Source of the DNA: Podarcis cretensis | Taxonomy: Eukaryota | DNA length: 64,000 nucleotides | Direction of reading: 5' to 3' | Assembly (NCBI GenBank): GCA_951804945.1 | Contig: OX638155.1 | Span: forward strand, 23,374,001 to 23,438,000 | Part shown: piece after piece, positions 38,544 through 50,788 of the stretch | How the letters are laid out: each line of letters begins with the position of its first letter | Position numbering within the stretch: the stretch's first letter is position 1 | Made by a program: the position numbers and the translations under genes | The notes under the pieces: generated by a model | Seen by the model: only the letters and a program-made list of their open reading frames with translations | What the model was told of the DNA's origin: nothing | Databases searched by the model: none

Positions 38544-39065
38544 CCGTATTTTTCGCCCTATAGGACGCACTGGCCCATAGGACGCACCTCCTTTTTTTGG
38601 GGGGGGAATGAATAAAAAAAATTATTTCTCCCCCCCAGCCGCACGGCTGGGGCGGGGGAAGCCCGAGCTTCCCCCGACCCCAGCCCCCAGAACAGGCTGC
38701 TATCCGCAAGCCTTGCGAGCCCAGCGGCAACTATCCGCAGCCTGGGGAGCCCTGTGGGAACTTCCGCGGGGCTCCCTAGGCTGTGGATATCTTTCCGAAG
38801 CGTGGGGCGCTCTGCTTCAGCGCGCCCCGCACTCCGGGAAGCAGGCTACTATCCGCAGCCTAGGGAGCACTGCGGGAACTCCCGCGGGCTCCCCAGGCTT
38901 GCTGATAGCTTCCTGAAGCCTGGAGAGGGAGAGGGGTTGGTGCACACCGACCCCTCTTGCTCTCCACGCTTCAGCGAAAGCCTGCATTCGCCCCATAGGA
39001 CGCACACAGATTTCCCCTTCATTTTTGGAGGGGGAAAAGTGCGTCCTATGGGGCGAAAAATACGG
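38544..39065. mobile_element. 522-bp TA-flanked Tc2/pogo-type MITE
   Basis: 27-bp TIRs CCGTATTTTTCGCCC(T/C)ATAGGACGCAC (26/27 match); TA TSD; GC/CpG-rich interior with CTATCCGCAG repeats. Confidence 0.9.
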
Positions 39066-39903
39066 TAACTTGTCAGTAGTGTTTGGATTGGAAACAATTG
39101 TTTGGGTCCCAGGCCTAGCATTCAGTTAAACAGCTGCTTTAGCATTGTATCTTTCTCAATCCGCTTTCATGCTTTGTTTAGGCAATCTCAACACTATGTG
39201 AAACAAAGGCACGGAAAGAATGGAACTACAGTTTCCATTTTTAGCAGCGACAAAAGGCAGATTTATTATATTTTTTTATTTTTGCTGTTCACCCCACCCC
39301 ACCCCCTCGGCTGCATGGCGGATTTCACTTTCAGCCTGAGAAAGCCTAGCCTATTTATTGCAAAATCCCAGATAATGCTAAGAACTGCTGAGGGTAGTGG
39401 GGAGAAAAAAACAGCTCAGCTTTACATTTATTTTAACGTTTTGTTGAGCATTAGGAGGGCTTATTTTACAAGTTCACTTCAGACGAGAAACTGAGCATCA
39501 AGAACATGGTTATATTTGGAGCTGAGTCAGTGGTTTGCACAAATCCAATTTGAATATTCATTTCTTTTTAGTGAAATCTCATTCATAATGACATTAGCGA
39601 GGCAGAATTAAAAAACAAAAACAAATCAGCTCTGGGATTTTGAGCTGTTGTGTACTGGATAACACAGAGTACAATGTTTAGCAAAGGCAATTTGAGGGAT
39701 GGTTTAGAATTTATAGTGGATGCATGATAGCATCTCTGCCCTCTGTCCCCATCTTATGCAGCCCTCAACACATCTGGAAGCTGCTTCCTTCTTCCTTCCT
39801 TCCTTCACTTCCTTTTTGTTTGTTTCCTCATTATTTTTCCTGGCTCTTAAAAAACATCCCCCTTTCTTTCTGTGTGATTTTGGAACATTTAGAAAGGGCA
39901 GTA

Positions 39904-40143
39904 CAGTGGTACCTCGGTTTAAGAACAGCTCTGTTTATGAACAATTCGGTTTACAAGCTCTGCAAAACCGGAAGTAGTGTCCCAGTTTGAGAACTTTACC
40001 TCAGTCTAAGAACGGAATCTGAACGGTGGAAGGGCACCGGCGGCAGGAGACCTCATTAGGGAAGCGCGCCTCGGTTTAAGAATGGTTTCAGTTTAAGAAC
40101 AGACTTCCGGAATGGATTAAGTTCATAAACCGAGGTACCACTG
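39904..40143. mobile_element. 240-bp TA-flanked Tigger/pogo-type MITE (second subfamily)
   Basis: TIR CAGTGGTACCTCGGTTTA; TA TSD; same interior as the 44339 copy. Confidence 0.9.
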
Positions 40144-40699
40144 TATTTTTATTTAATAAAAATAACTTGATGCCCTTTTTAAATAACTTTATTTACTGGT
40201 CATATTTATTTATCTTTCTATATCCTTGTTCGCTGTATAAAGAGGTGAATTAAAATTAGGAACTGCAACACGTGTTCCTTATTGTTTTATCAAGGAAAGG
40301 GGGGGAAACCCAATTTTTACTTTTTTTCATCTATAATACGGCTAATGTGGCATTTCACCTGGAAAGGTGCACTCTCTGGCTCTCTGTGTGTGAATAATAA
40401 TAATAATATACCACCATATACCCAGAGGTCTCAGGGCGTTCCCTTAAATAAATTCCAAAGCATTTCTGACATTCGGCATTAGTCATTTTAAGAGACAACT
40501 TTTTTCTTTCCTTTCCTTTCCTTTCCATGTGCCTTGAAATTGCACTTGTGATTTCATAAGGATCATTTCCACGCTGCGCAAAGTAAAACAAAAACCAAAA
40601 CCCCAAAGCAACATCTACCGCTGACAAAAAATAACTGCTCTTCATCTTCCTTTGAGCTTGAAATCCTCCTAATATTTACCCTCCCTGCAACCCCTAGTG

Positions 40700-40834
40700 C
40701 AGTGTTTCCCAACCTTGTGCTCCAGCTGTTTTTGAACTACAACTCCCATCATCCCTGACTAGCAAGACCAGTGGCAAGGGATGATGGGAATTGTAGTCCA
40801 AAAACAGCTGGAGGCACAAGGTTGGGAAACACTG
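40700..40834. mobile_element. 135-bp palindromic hAT MITE
   Basis: Same family as 30700, opposite orientation; perfect 8-bp TSD CCCTAGTG. Confidence 0.93.
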
Positions 40835-41030
40835 CCCTAGTGCTCAGAATCGGATTGGCTGCAGTGTGAGAGACTGTGGATTTGGAGTGGACAGTTTGAT
40901 AGAGTTTCTTATAAAAGACAACGTTCAAGCAACACATATATTGCCCATTCTATTTTTGTTCTTAATTGGGCGGCAAATGAACTCCTCCTCCTCAGCATTC
41001 ACTGATGCTGCTTCTTGTTTTTCTTTCCAG

Positions 41031-41521
41031 TTACAGTGGTGCTGTTTGCAGCCTTGAGACGGCAACGGAAGAAAGAGCCTTTGATCATTTCCAAAGAGGA
41101 CATCCGAGACAACATTGTCAGTTACAATGACGAAGGTGGCGGAGAGGAAGACACCCAAGCCTTTGATATTGGCACGCTGCGGAACCCTGAAGCCATAGAA
41201 GACAATAAACTGCGACGAGACATTGTGCCAGAAGCGCTTTTCGTGCCGCGCCGGACTCCAGTGGCGCGGGATAACACCGACGTCAGAGATTTCATTAGCC
41301 AAAGGTTAAAGGAGAATGATTCGGATCCAACAGCGCCCCCTTATGACTCATTAGCAACCTACGCATATGAAGGCAATGGATCTGTAGCAGAGTCTCTCAG
41401 CTCCTTGGAGTCGGTGACCACGGATGGAGACCAGGACTACGATTACCTCAGTGACTGGGGTCCGCGGTTTAAAAAGTTGGCCGACATGTACGGTGGAGCG
41501 GACAGCGACAAAGACTCTTAA
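41031..41521 (+). CDS. CDH6: Cadherin-6 last coding exon: end of TM helix and cytoplasmic domain, stop TAA
   Basis: ttccag|TTACAGTG; [45 protein letters not shown] (p120-binding) ... [18 protein letters not shown] (beta-catenin-binding) ... [22 protein letters not shown]; the C-terminus matches CDH6 as recalled. Confidence 0.96.
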
Positions 41522-44338
41522 TATGTTGCCTTTTTTTTCCATTTTCAAGAAACAGCATTGAAATGTGTGGCATTGCTACGTCTTTCTATTTATCCACAGT
41601 TATTTGAAAGGGTCCTCAACCAGTTTGAATAGTTTCCGTGACTGCAGTCTTTGTGGATCCAATGTCATCCCCTCCGACCCCTGCAAATATAATTTGAGCA
41701 TCCAAGAGGCAAATAATGTGGTGGGTGGAGGGGGGTGGGGAAGAAAACTCCCTTATTTTCTGTGCACCCTGTATACCAAAACAGTCAAAGAGGCACAATG
41801 GCAGGGAGATGGAGGGACAATGGAAACGGAATAACGGTTTTAACTTGTTCTACTTTATCTTCTAAATTGGATTATCTTACTGTTATATTTCACCCAATAA
41901 TCTCACTGTATTTTAATTACGCAGCTCAGACATGTTTTCCGCAGATTATGTCTTGAAACACCCCATAGTAAGGAAGCATTGTGGCTTAGCTTAAACATTA
42001 TAACAAAAGGAGGGGGGTGTAGCTCTTTTAAAAGCCACAATCTGCCAGCAAGGAATATTTCAAAGGATCTAGTGGCCATTCAAGCACCAGTGTCAGTTTT
42101 GAACTGGTCACTTGGTTCAAAGTATTAAAGTGGTGGTGGACAATCAAGAGATGGGGAAGAAGGGGGGGGGGACTTACTAGGTTCATTGTGTGTGACCATA
42201 ACAGTGCACCAGAAATGACACAATATTTGAAATATTGTGTTCCTGGAAACCGACCAACCAAATAGTGTGTGTTCAATAATACATATCAGGGATAGCCAAA
42301 AGTGGTGACTTCTAGATTTTAGACTCCAACTCACATCAACTCCAGACAACATAACCAAGGATAATGAGAGTTGTAGTCCAGCAAAATCTGGAGGACACCA
42401 CGTTGATTACTTCTGACATGTATCAAGGAAGGAAGAGGCATAAGGTTGAAAATACACCTGGAGTTGGATTCAGACGTGTTAATCTGCATCCAACCCATAA
42501 CACATAAAAGAGAGCTCCCTGTGTACATTCGGTGAGTTCCATTTTATATTGTTCCATTCCTAAGCATACAAGTAGATTGAAAGCTAATTGTATTACCCCT
42601 CTCCCTGCTTCCTTGCTTGCCTGCTATTCCCTCCTCCTATTGAAGCACTGCCACTGCTATTCCCTCCTCCTATTGAAGCAAAGGATTCTGCTCCTGAGTG
42701 CCTGGGAAGGATGTGGCAGCCAAGGATGTTGTATTACATCCAGCTAAGTCATACTCAAGAGTAGACCCATGGAAATCAACAGGCTTAAGTTGGAACTTAA
42801 GGTAATGGGGTTATACCCTGTGCTAGCCTTACTCAGAGTTAAGCCCGTTGAAGCTAACCTTAGGTTCATTGATTCCAGTGGATCTACTCCATTGCATACA
42901 ACCCACAGATTTCAGTGGGCCTACTCTGAGTATGACTTACTAGAATACAATCCTTTCTTTCCCAACAAGAGGTGGTGGTGGAGGAGAAAGAGGTAGCAGC
43001 AGTGATGACAGGGGCAAGCCATCAAGCAGAAAGGCAGCTTCTGGTACAATCTCTACCTTGCCAAAGCGAGAGCCTGGTCATGCCTGGTTTCAGCATGGAC
43101 CAGTGTTGGCGCATGGAAGGGGAGGACTGAATCCATGACTCAGCTACCACTGTTAAGCCAGACAGCAGCCTTGGTGGGCATGCACATTGATTGTGAGGAG
43201 CATCAAAGGTGGGATTTCATGGAGGTGGTGTCCAGGACAGTGCCAAACATTTTGAAGGATGGAGATCTCTCTCTTCACTTTTGTCATCTGAGGTGGGACC
43301 CAAGATAACCACATCAGCTTTAAAAGCCAATCAGAAAAGCAAGAGAGAGCAAGGACCGGGAGCTGACACTATAGTTGGTTGAAGCTCATGAAGCAGAAAG
43401 ATATTTCTGAGATAAATAGGAGAGCTTCGGCCGATGTCAAATACTCAAACATCCTTTGTAGAACTCTGGAAGAATGGTTTGGTCATTCACTTGGTGTGGA
43501 CGACATGACCAACAAAGCTAATAGCACCCGAGCTGACCTCAAAAGCTCTTTGCTTTAGCTAATGGCAGCATTTTAAACAATAATTTTAATAATTTGTCCT
43601 TTTTTGCATTATAGTAGACGCACTCCTTATTAATTAACGACAATAATTACGTAGTTTCACATGATTTTATGACTTGCGCTTTTTGTTTAGATAGTTAACG
43701 TTAGAGTGCTTAGAGTACAGCCGATGTATATAGGCAGGAGGAGATTCAAAATTCTTTGAGTAAAGGGTTGCCACTAATTTTTTCATCTGGCTTCCTTGCA
43801 GCTGTGTAGATCCTGGCTAAAGTATCAGTCGTAGCCACAGTAGTACCTGCCAGATTGGGAGGCAGGTGGAGTGTGGAAAGGGAGAGATGGGGAATAGCAC
43901 AGCTCTCACCCGTATGTGGTTTGTAAAAGACATCCAGAAAAGGCCTTATCTATCAGTAGAACTCCCACCGGGAACTTTGCAAGGGACCTCAGACAGATGT
44001 AAGAACAGGTCCGTCTTGTTATACTGCACCGAAGGTACTAAACCATTATCACAGAAAGTCAGCTTAACAGTATAGCCCTCTGCATGTCTACTCAGAAGTA
44101 ACTGAGTTCAAGTCAGTCTTACCCCAGTCCCAGATAAGTGTGTATAGGATTGCACTCTACATGAACCTAAGAATTTAAGCCATGGACCCAGGATAGGTAT
44201 GGTTAGATTTCTCCAATTACAGCTACATCTGGAGGATGGTAATCCTAAAATATTGTGCTTACAATGCTACCAATCCCCCGCAACCCAATATTTATTTGCC
44301 AAAGGACAGAGGTATGGCTCTGAGGTTACATTTGAGTA

Positions 44339-44579
44339 CAGTTGTACCTTGCTTTAAGAACAGCCCTGTTTATGAACTATTCGGTTTACGAACTCCCCAA
44401 AACTGGAAGTAGTGTCCCGATTTGTGAACTTTACCTCAGTCTAAGAACGGAATCCGAATGGTGGAAGGGCACCGGTGGCGGGAGACCTCATTAGGGAAAG
44501 CGCACCTCAGTTTAAGAAGGGGTTTGGTTTAAGAACAGACTTCCAGAAAGGATTAAGTTCGTAAACTGACGTACCACTG
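44339..44579. mobile_element. 241-bp TA-flanked Tigger/pogo-type MITE
   Basis: CAGTTGTACCT...CGTACCACTG; TA TSD; homologous to 39904-40143. Confidence 0.87.
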
Positions 44580-45532
44580 TACTAGCATCTTAAAAGAATA
44601 TGGTGCAAGAACTGCCATAGATGCAAATCTTTACTGTGACAGAAATCCCAGATGGAAAGTGTATGAAACATTTTCTGTTGGTTACCAAACAGCTTTGCTA
44701 GACTTATGTTGTCACACTCATAGCTAACCATTTGAATTTGTTTTAGACTTGTTTCTTTTTATTTCCCACCAACGCACCTAATTTTCTGTTTGTGTCTTTG
44801 GCTGGAGATGGACAATAGTGTGTTTCTCCTACGGGGATTTGAGAGTGTTTAGAAAGAGGGTTCATGTACATTTCACATTCACGCCACTTGGCAATTTTTA
44901 TTGGGGGGGGGGGAATTGTTTCAAAAAACCCATTAAGCCAGTTTCAGCAAAGACAACAATACGACAAAAGAAATGCTTATACACTAGAAGTGAAACCTCT
45001 CTTAAACCACATCCAGGTCTATTGAAAGCTATTGTCAATCTTCTGACTTTATGATGCAAGTACAAGAATCATAGATTAGCAGGTTCGGTCCACAATCAGG
45101 TCTGAAGCTGCCTCCTTACATTGTACAGCATACAAGATGCAGAAGAAATCCGCTAGATGCCATTACAGATTTATTTTACTTTGTAATATCTTAAAAGTTT
45201 GTGTGCATAAAATACACAGCTGCGAATAAGTTGGCCAAACGAGACATTTCACGATGCTTTATGAAAGCTCTCAATGCAGTAGTTTTAAAATGCAAAGTGC
45301 TTTGTTATGGATTGAAACGAAACAGCAAATATTAGGAGTAAAATTAAGCGAGGTTGCTTTGAAGACCAGTCCAAAGGTTTGGCCTATTCTATGCGGAAGA
45401 GCAGATCAGTGCTGAAAATGATAGAAGGGCTTTGCGTTTTGCAATTCAGAAAGCGCATCCAAATTCCCAATGCCTTCTCAAATAAAAGCTCCATTTATCT
45501 CAACTTGGGAGAATTCAGCAATTAATTTTCTC

Positions 45533-45620
45533 TCCTTCACTGGAGGTTTTCAAGCAGAGGTTGGGTGGCCATCTGTCATGGATGCTTTGGTTGAGATTCT
45601 CGGCTGGATTAGATGACTCT
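45533..45620 (+). mobile_element. Short CR1 3' fragment
   Basis: CTCCTTCACTGGAGGTTTTCAAGCAGAGGTTGG..GGCCATCTGTCA (SPSLEVFKQRL motif). Confidence 0.65.
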
Positions 45621-47195
45621 CAAGATATAAAATCTGGACATCAGGACTAGCGGTACAATGAGAAACTAGCAAGCAGAGGTCTGGGTCAGGCAAAACTCAA
45701 GGCTTGTGAAAGGAGCTGACAGAAATTATAAACAATTAAATGGGTGAAACAGAAGGCACAAACCAAGTGTTTTCTGGGAGACTGAACTCCGACCGCTATC
45801 TGCTAACCATCTTGTTGGGACCTCTTCCTGCTTCCTTTTACAGGAAATGATGAAAGGCCAATGGCGCCAGACCTGGCAAACATTACCCTATGTCAGGAAG
45901 TGCGAAACCTGCAATTCTCTAGATGACATGGGACTCCCAGTGGTCAGCCCTGATGGGAGTTGTAGTCCAGCTACATTTCCCACCACTGCCATATGTGATG
46001 TTCCCCAAAAGCAAGCAGGGCAGGAGACAGGAATGATTGCTGATAGTTTCTGGAGTGAGAACACCAACGGGAACATTTGAAAGCTCTTTTGGAATTGAGA
46101 GCGGCTGGATGTGGTGGTTGGCCGCAGCACCATCCTGAGTATTGAACAGGCCATAGGAACTGGTTTTGCCTTAAAAACGGCACCGTGTCAAATGCGCCAC
46201 CGAGGCTTAAAAGGTTGAGTGGATTGTGTGAACAAGTGTTGATTGTACTTTTCTCCTGATGTAGCAAATTCTCTTTGATGGCTTAAGTTGATTTAGCCAG
46301 GATTAGCAACACTAATGCTGTGGCACTTTGATGGCTTAAGTAGCGTGTGACCCTCATCCCGGGAATCAGTGACACTAAGTAGCAGGCAATTCGCGCCAGA
46401 ACTTTGCATTTTATTGACAAAGTGTTTCGCCTTGTCAATAAAATGACAGTAAGTCACCCACAGCTTGTGCATAGATATTCTATAAACTATTTAACATACT
46501 GGCATCAAAATTAAGATGCCGAACTGAATTTTAAAAATGAATTACGGCGTTCTCTGAAGGCTGACATATTATGCATTAATCACCTAAGGTTTTCTCCTAT
46601 CCGTGCAATTTACAAGCATGGATTTTTATCTTTATTTATTTTAATAAATAGCATTAATTTGGCATCAGTTCACACTTCATTGATGTATGACTAAAGCTTT
46701 ATATTTCCCCCCAAAGTGCAACGGAAAGCAAAATTCTGTGAGCAAAGATTTTATGTCTCGAGTGCCAGGATGGAGTGATAAGAACAGAAATTGCAACAGT
46801 ATATTCTCAAGCTGTATTTTATGAAGTAGCTGAAGAAACAGTGATTGGCAGAAACTGGGAGTTGATGCCCAAGTAAAGGGGGTTAGGACTGCAGACTAAG
46901 GAGGCAATTCTATACATGCCTATCTGGACAGCAAGACTCCATGAACGCAATAGGACTTCTGAGTAGACATTGATAGGGGTTGCATGGTAGCCCATGGAGA
47001 GGAAATAAAGAGTGGCTATATAACCAGTAACTGCAGCAATTCAGCCTGCTCATCTTAATGTCTTGTCTGGCCAACACAGAATGAATTGGGTTGATTCACT
47101 CTGCTCATGGGATGATATGACCCAGGAGCCATATCTGGAATGACAGACATTTTAGACTGTGATCTTAAGCATCTTTACTTGGAGTGAGTGGAGTG

Positions 47196-47450
47196 GAGCC
47201 AGTGTGGTGTAATGGTTAAGAGCAGTGGACTCATAATCTGGTGAACCAGGTTTGATTCCCCGCTCCTCCACATGCAGTTGCTGGGTGACCTTGGGCTAGT
47301 CACACTTCTCTGAAGTCTCTCAGCCTCACTCACCTCACAGAGTGTTTGTTGTGGGGGAGGATGGGAAAAGGAGATTATTAGCCGCTTTGAGATTCCTTAG
47401 GGTAGTGATAAAGCGGGATATCAAATCTAAACTCCTCTTCTTCTACTTCT
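47196..47450 (+). mobile_element. Squam3-type SINE
   Basis: Homologous to the 19351 copy. Confidence 0.87.
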
Positions 47451-50231
47451 GCTGAGGTTAGGACTGGGGTGTTTGCGTACTCTTTGAGAAGAGATCAGCT
47501 GTCTTGAGCATGGATACATAAATGAGCCATCGTATGCATGCTAAAATGTCTTGCTCTAAAAACTCTACTGCTTATTTTGTGGGGTTGACCCTCATTCTGG
47601 ATCATAATATTTATTTCCGGGTCATGTCACCACCCGTTAAGAGATAAATAATGGTTCTCCAGAGAGTCCCTTATTTTGAATTTTTTAAATGTGATTACCC
47701 ATCATTTGCTCAGTGACTGCCGAGATCTCAAGACGCAGAGGGGAGAAAAACACATATTGATTAAAAAGAGTTGCTAATGATAAGCATTATGGAAATAGCC
47801 AAGTAGCTATTATGAGATTTGTGTGTAAATGAATTAAGGGGGAAAGGAGAAAGCAGTGACTGAAATCATACGTGATGCTGTTAGCAGCTTGAAGGCTTTC
47901 TAAAAAGGGAAATGCAGTAGCTGGCGTAATTATTAGCAGTGAATGAAGCAAGTTGTTATTTTTATGTCATTGATTTCTTACATTCCCTGTGCTGGCAGAT
48001 TAATTTAGGCACCGCTGAGACAATCTTTGACACACCAACACTTTGCAAAAGTATGCTGAAGGTCTCATCCAACAACTGTATATCCAAAACTCTTCTTAAA
48101 GCAAAAGAGGTCATAATTATCCATTGATGTTTAACACACACACACACACAATCACTTTTTGTCGGGGAGGTGAAGGCAGACGTTTGAGGGCATATATGGG
48201 AATGATAATAGAAAATAAATTGTAAGAAAAGAGCTCATGGAAGGCAAACTGAGCATTGATGCAGCAAGTCAGGTTGCCAACTTTATTATTGACTCTTGCT
48301 CTTGTGTCTTTAAGACTAGCCTGATTTCTACAGACATTAGGTGACAATGTTCATCTGTATGCCATGATAATCTTCACCTACCAATTTCTCAAGATCAAGC
48401 TGATGTTTCACAGGTCTAGATCTATTTTCCCCTCTGGCCATTTGGTAATCCTAGCGTTGGCCAGGAAAACAGAAGTGCCACGGGATTTCACATGGAATTG
48501 GAATTTGGTGAGGTTTTAAATCTTGTGCACTTCAGAGAGGTTTCAGAAATATGTCTTCTAACTTCCCTGATATATTGGAGGCCAAAAAATGGGGGTGGGG
48601 CAGTGTCGTATATAGCAAGAGAACCCTTTCACCTCCCTGGGCACTTGGTCTTTCCTACAAGACTGCACTATTTATGTAAATACATCCAGATACACTTTCT
48701 ATTATAAGCTTTTAGTTTTCTAAAATCTTTTAGTTTAGTGTTTATTAAAAATGTATAGGATTATTAGGCATTCAGGTACAAACAATTAAAGGGGGAGGGA
48801 AACCACACAGCAAACATGAAGCTATTTTGATTCCAACAAAACTTTGAGAGAGAGAAAAAACTTCTTCAAAACACTGTATATTCTGTGATTTGAATTACGA
48901 TGGGATTTGCTTTTTTCTGCTTTCATGGCCTTATAATAGCTGCAACGTGCATCTCAACCACAATCTGCGGGGGCTACAACAATTGGGTAAATGCCTATTG
49001 TGATCTGCGCATTTAAAACCCTTCAAAATAAATGGCCTTTTCCGTACGGATTCCTTTTAATTGAAACCAATAGGCCCAAGGATAAAATAGGGCAGATGCT
49101 GTTCCTTCTATGTGACCATTTTTGTTTGCACTTCTTTCCTTTTTTTTTTTAAGGGGGATGGGGAGGAGATAGAAGCCCAGATGGGAAACCTGGCTAGTTA
49201 GCACAGGGGAACAATTGGTTTTAGCTGTATCCCAGCCAGGGAGACATCCTATTGGGCTCAATCTTTGATGGCATGAAATGACAATAGATTGCAGTGCCTC
49301 TGAGCATGTGCAGAATGCATTTCCTGCCACTGTTGCTGTGCATCTGCGGAGAAGAGGAAGGGGATGTTTTCTAGACAGATCGGACCCCTGACACGCACCT
49401 CTAGATCTTTCAATTCAATGGAGAATGGGCTGATCAGCTTCATTTCAACCCATATGCTGGTCATCCTCCAGCCATTGAAGCTGTTTTAAAACCCATCCAG
49501 CCTCAATGGCTGCAGCACATGGGCACTGCAGCAAAATAAGATAAAAATGGAGGATGCTCACCTCTCAAAGCAGAATTGCAAACATTTTATCAGTCTAGCC
49601 TTGGCCACCGCTTTGGATCGTAAGTCAACACAGGTTCCTTTCCGCTGATTAAATCAAAAGCGATCAGACAGCAAGTTGGAATAATGAGCGTTGCAATCCT
49701 GTGCACACTTACCCCTGAGTAAGCTCCTCTGGAGATGGTGAGACTTGCTTCCGACGCAGAGAGGATTGTGCCCCAAGATTCCCTTATGCTTCTGGTGTGA
49801 TTCTCTTTATTTCACCTTTTCCCCATGATGTGGATTTCCCTTTCCCAAACCTACTTGCCTGTTATATTTCTCGTTCAATGTAATGTTTCCCCCGCTTCAT
49901 TTGTTTGAGCAGTAATTTCTCACACATACACTACAAGAAGTGAATTTACCTTTTTTGAAAATCAATTTTTGTAACAAGTTATTTATATGATACTACTAAA
50001 TAAACTGGTTTTTTTTTTTCTAACCTGCTTTTTAAAAAGAACTTATTTCAACAGAGGGGTTTGGATATAAACAATTAACGTTCACCAAGGATAAAGGACC
50101 AAGCGCGACCAATACAAAAACCCAAATGCAAGAAAAGACAGGCTTATACCTGTGCAAATTTACCTAAGGTTAAGTCCTACTGAACGCAACTGAATTTACG
50201 TCTGAGCAGATAAGTACAGGCTGCACATATT

Positions 50232-50638
50232 CAGATCCTTCTGGCGGTTCCCTCATTGCGAGAAGCAAAGCTACAGGGAACCAGGCAGAGGGCCTTCTCG
50301 GTAGTGGCGCCCGCCCTGTGGAACACCCTCCCATCAGATGTCAAAAGAGATAAACAACTACCTGACATTCAGAAGACATCTTAGAGAGCCAGTGTGGTGT
50401 ATAGTTGTTAAGAGCGGTAGTCTCGTAATCTGGGGAACCGGGTTTGCGTCTCCGCTCCTCCACATGCAGCTGCTGGGTGACCTTGGGCTAGTCTCTCAGC
50501 CCCACTCACCTCACAGAGTGTTTGTTGTGGGGGAGGAAGGGAAAGGAGAATGTTAGCCGCTTTGAGACTCCTGAAGGGGAGTGAAAGGCGGGATATCAAA
50601 TCCAAACTCCTCCTCTTCTTCTTCTTCTTCTTCTTCTT

Positions 50639-50669
<31 letters not shown>

Positions 50670-50788
50670 AGGCAGCCCTGTTCAGGGAAGTTTTTAATGT
50701 ATGATATATTAGTGTATTTTTGGTCTTTGTGGAAGCCGCCCAGAGTGGCTGGGGAAACCCAGCCAGATGGGCGGGGTACAAATAATAA

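Noticed and set aside
1766-41521. Assignment to the paralogues CDH10, CDH9 or CDH7
   Set aside because: Peptides such as [31 protein letters not shown] and the SDKDS* end fit CDH6 as recalled; reciprocal BLASTP and synteny would confirm.
41522-47010. Defined CDH6 3' UTR end
   Set aside because: Several AATAAA candidates (45481, 46437, 46643, about 47004); cannot be chosen without transcript data.
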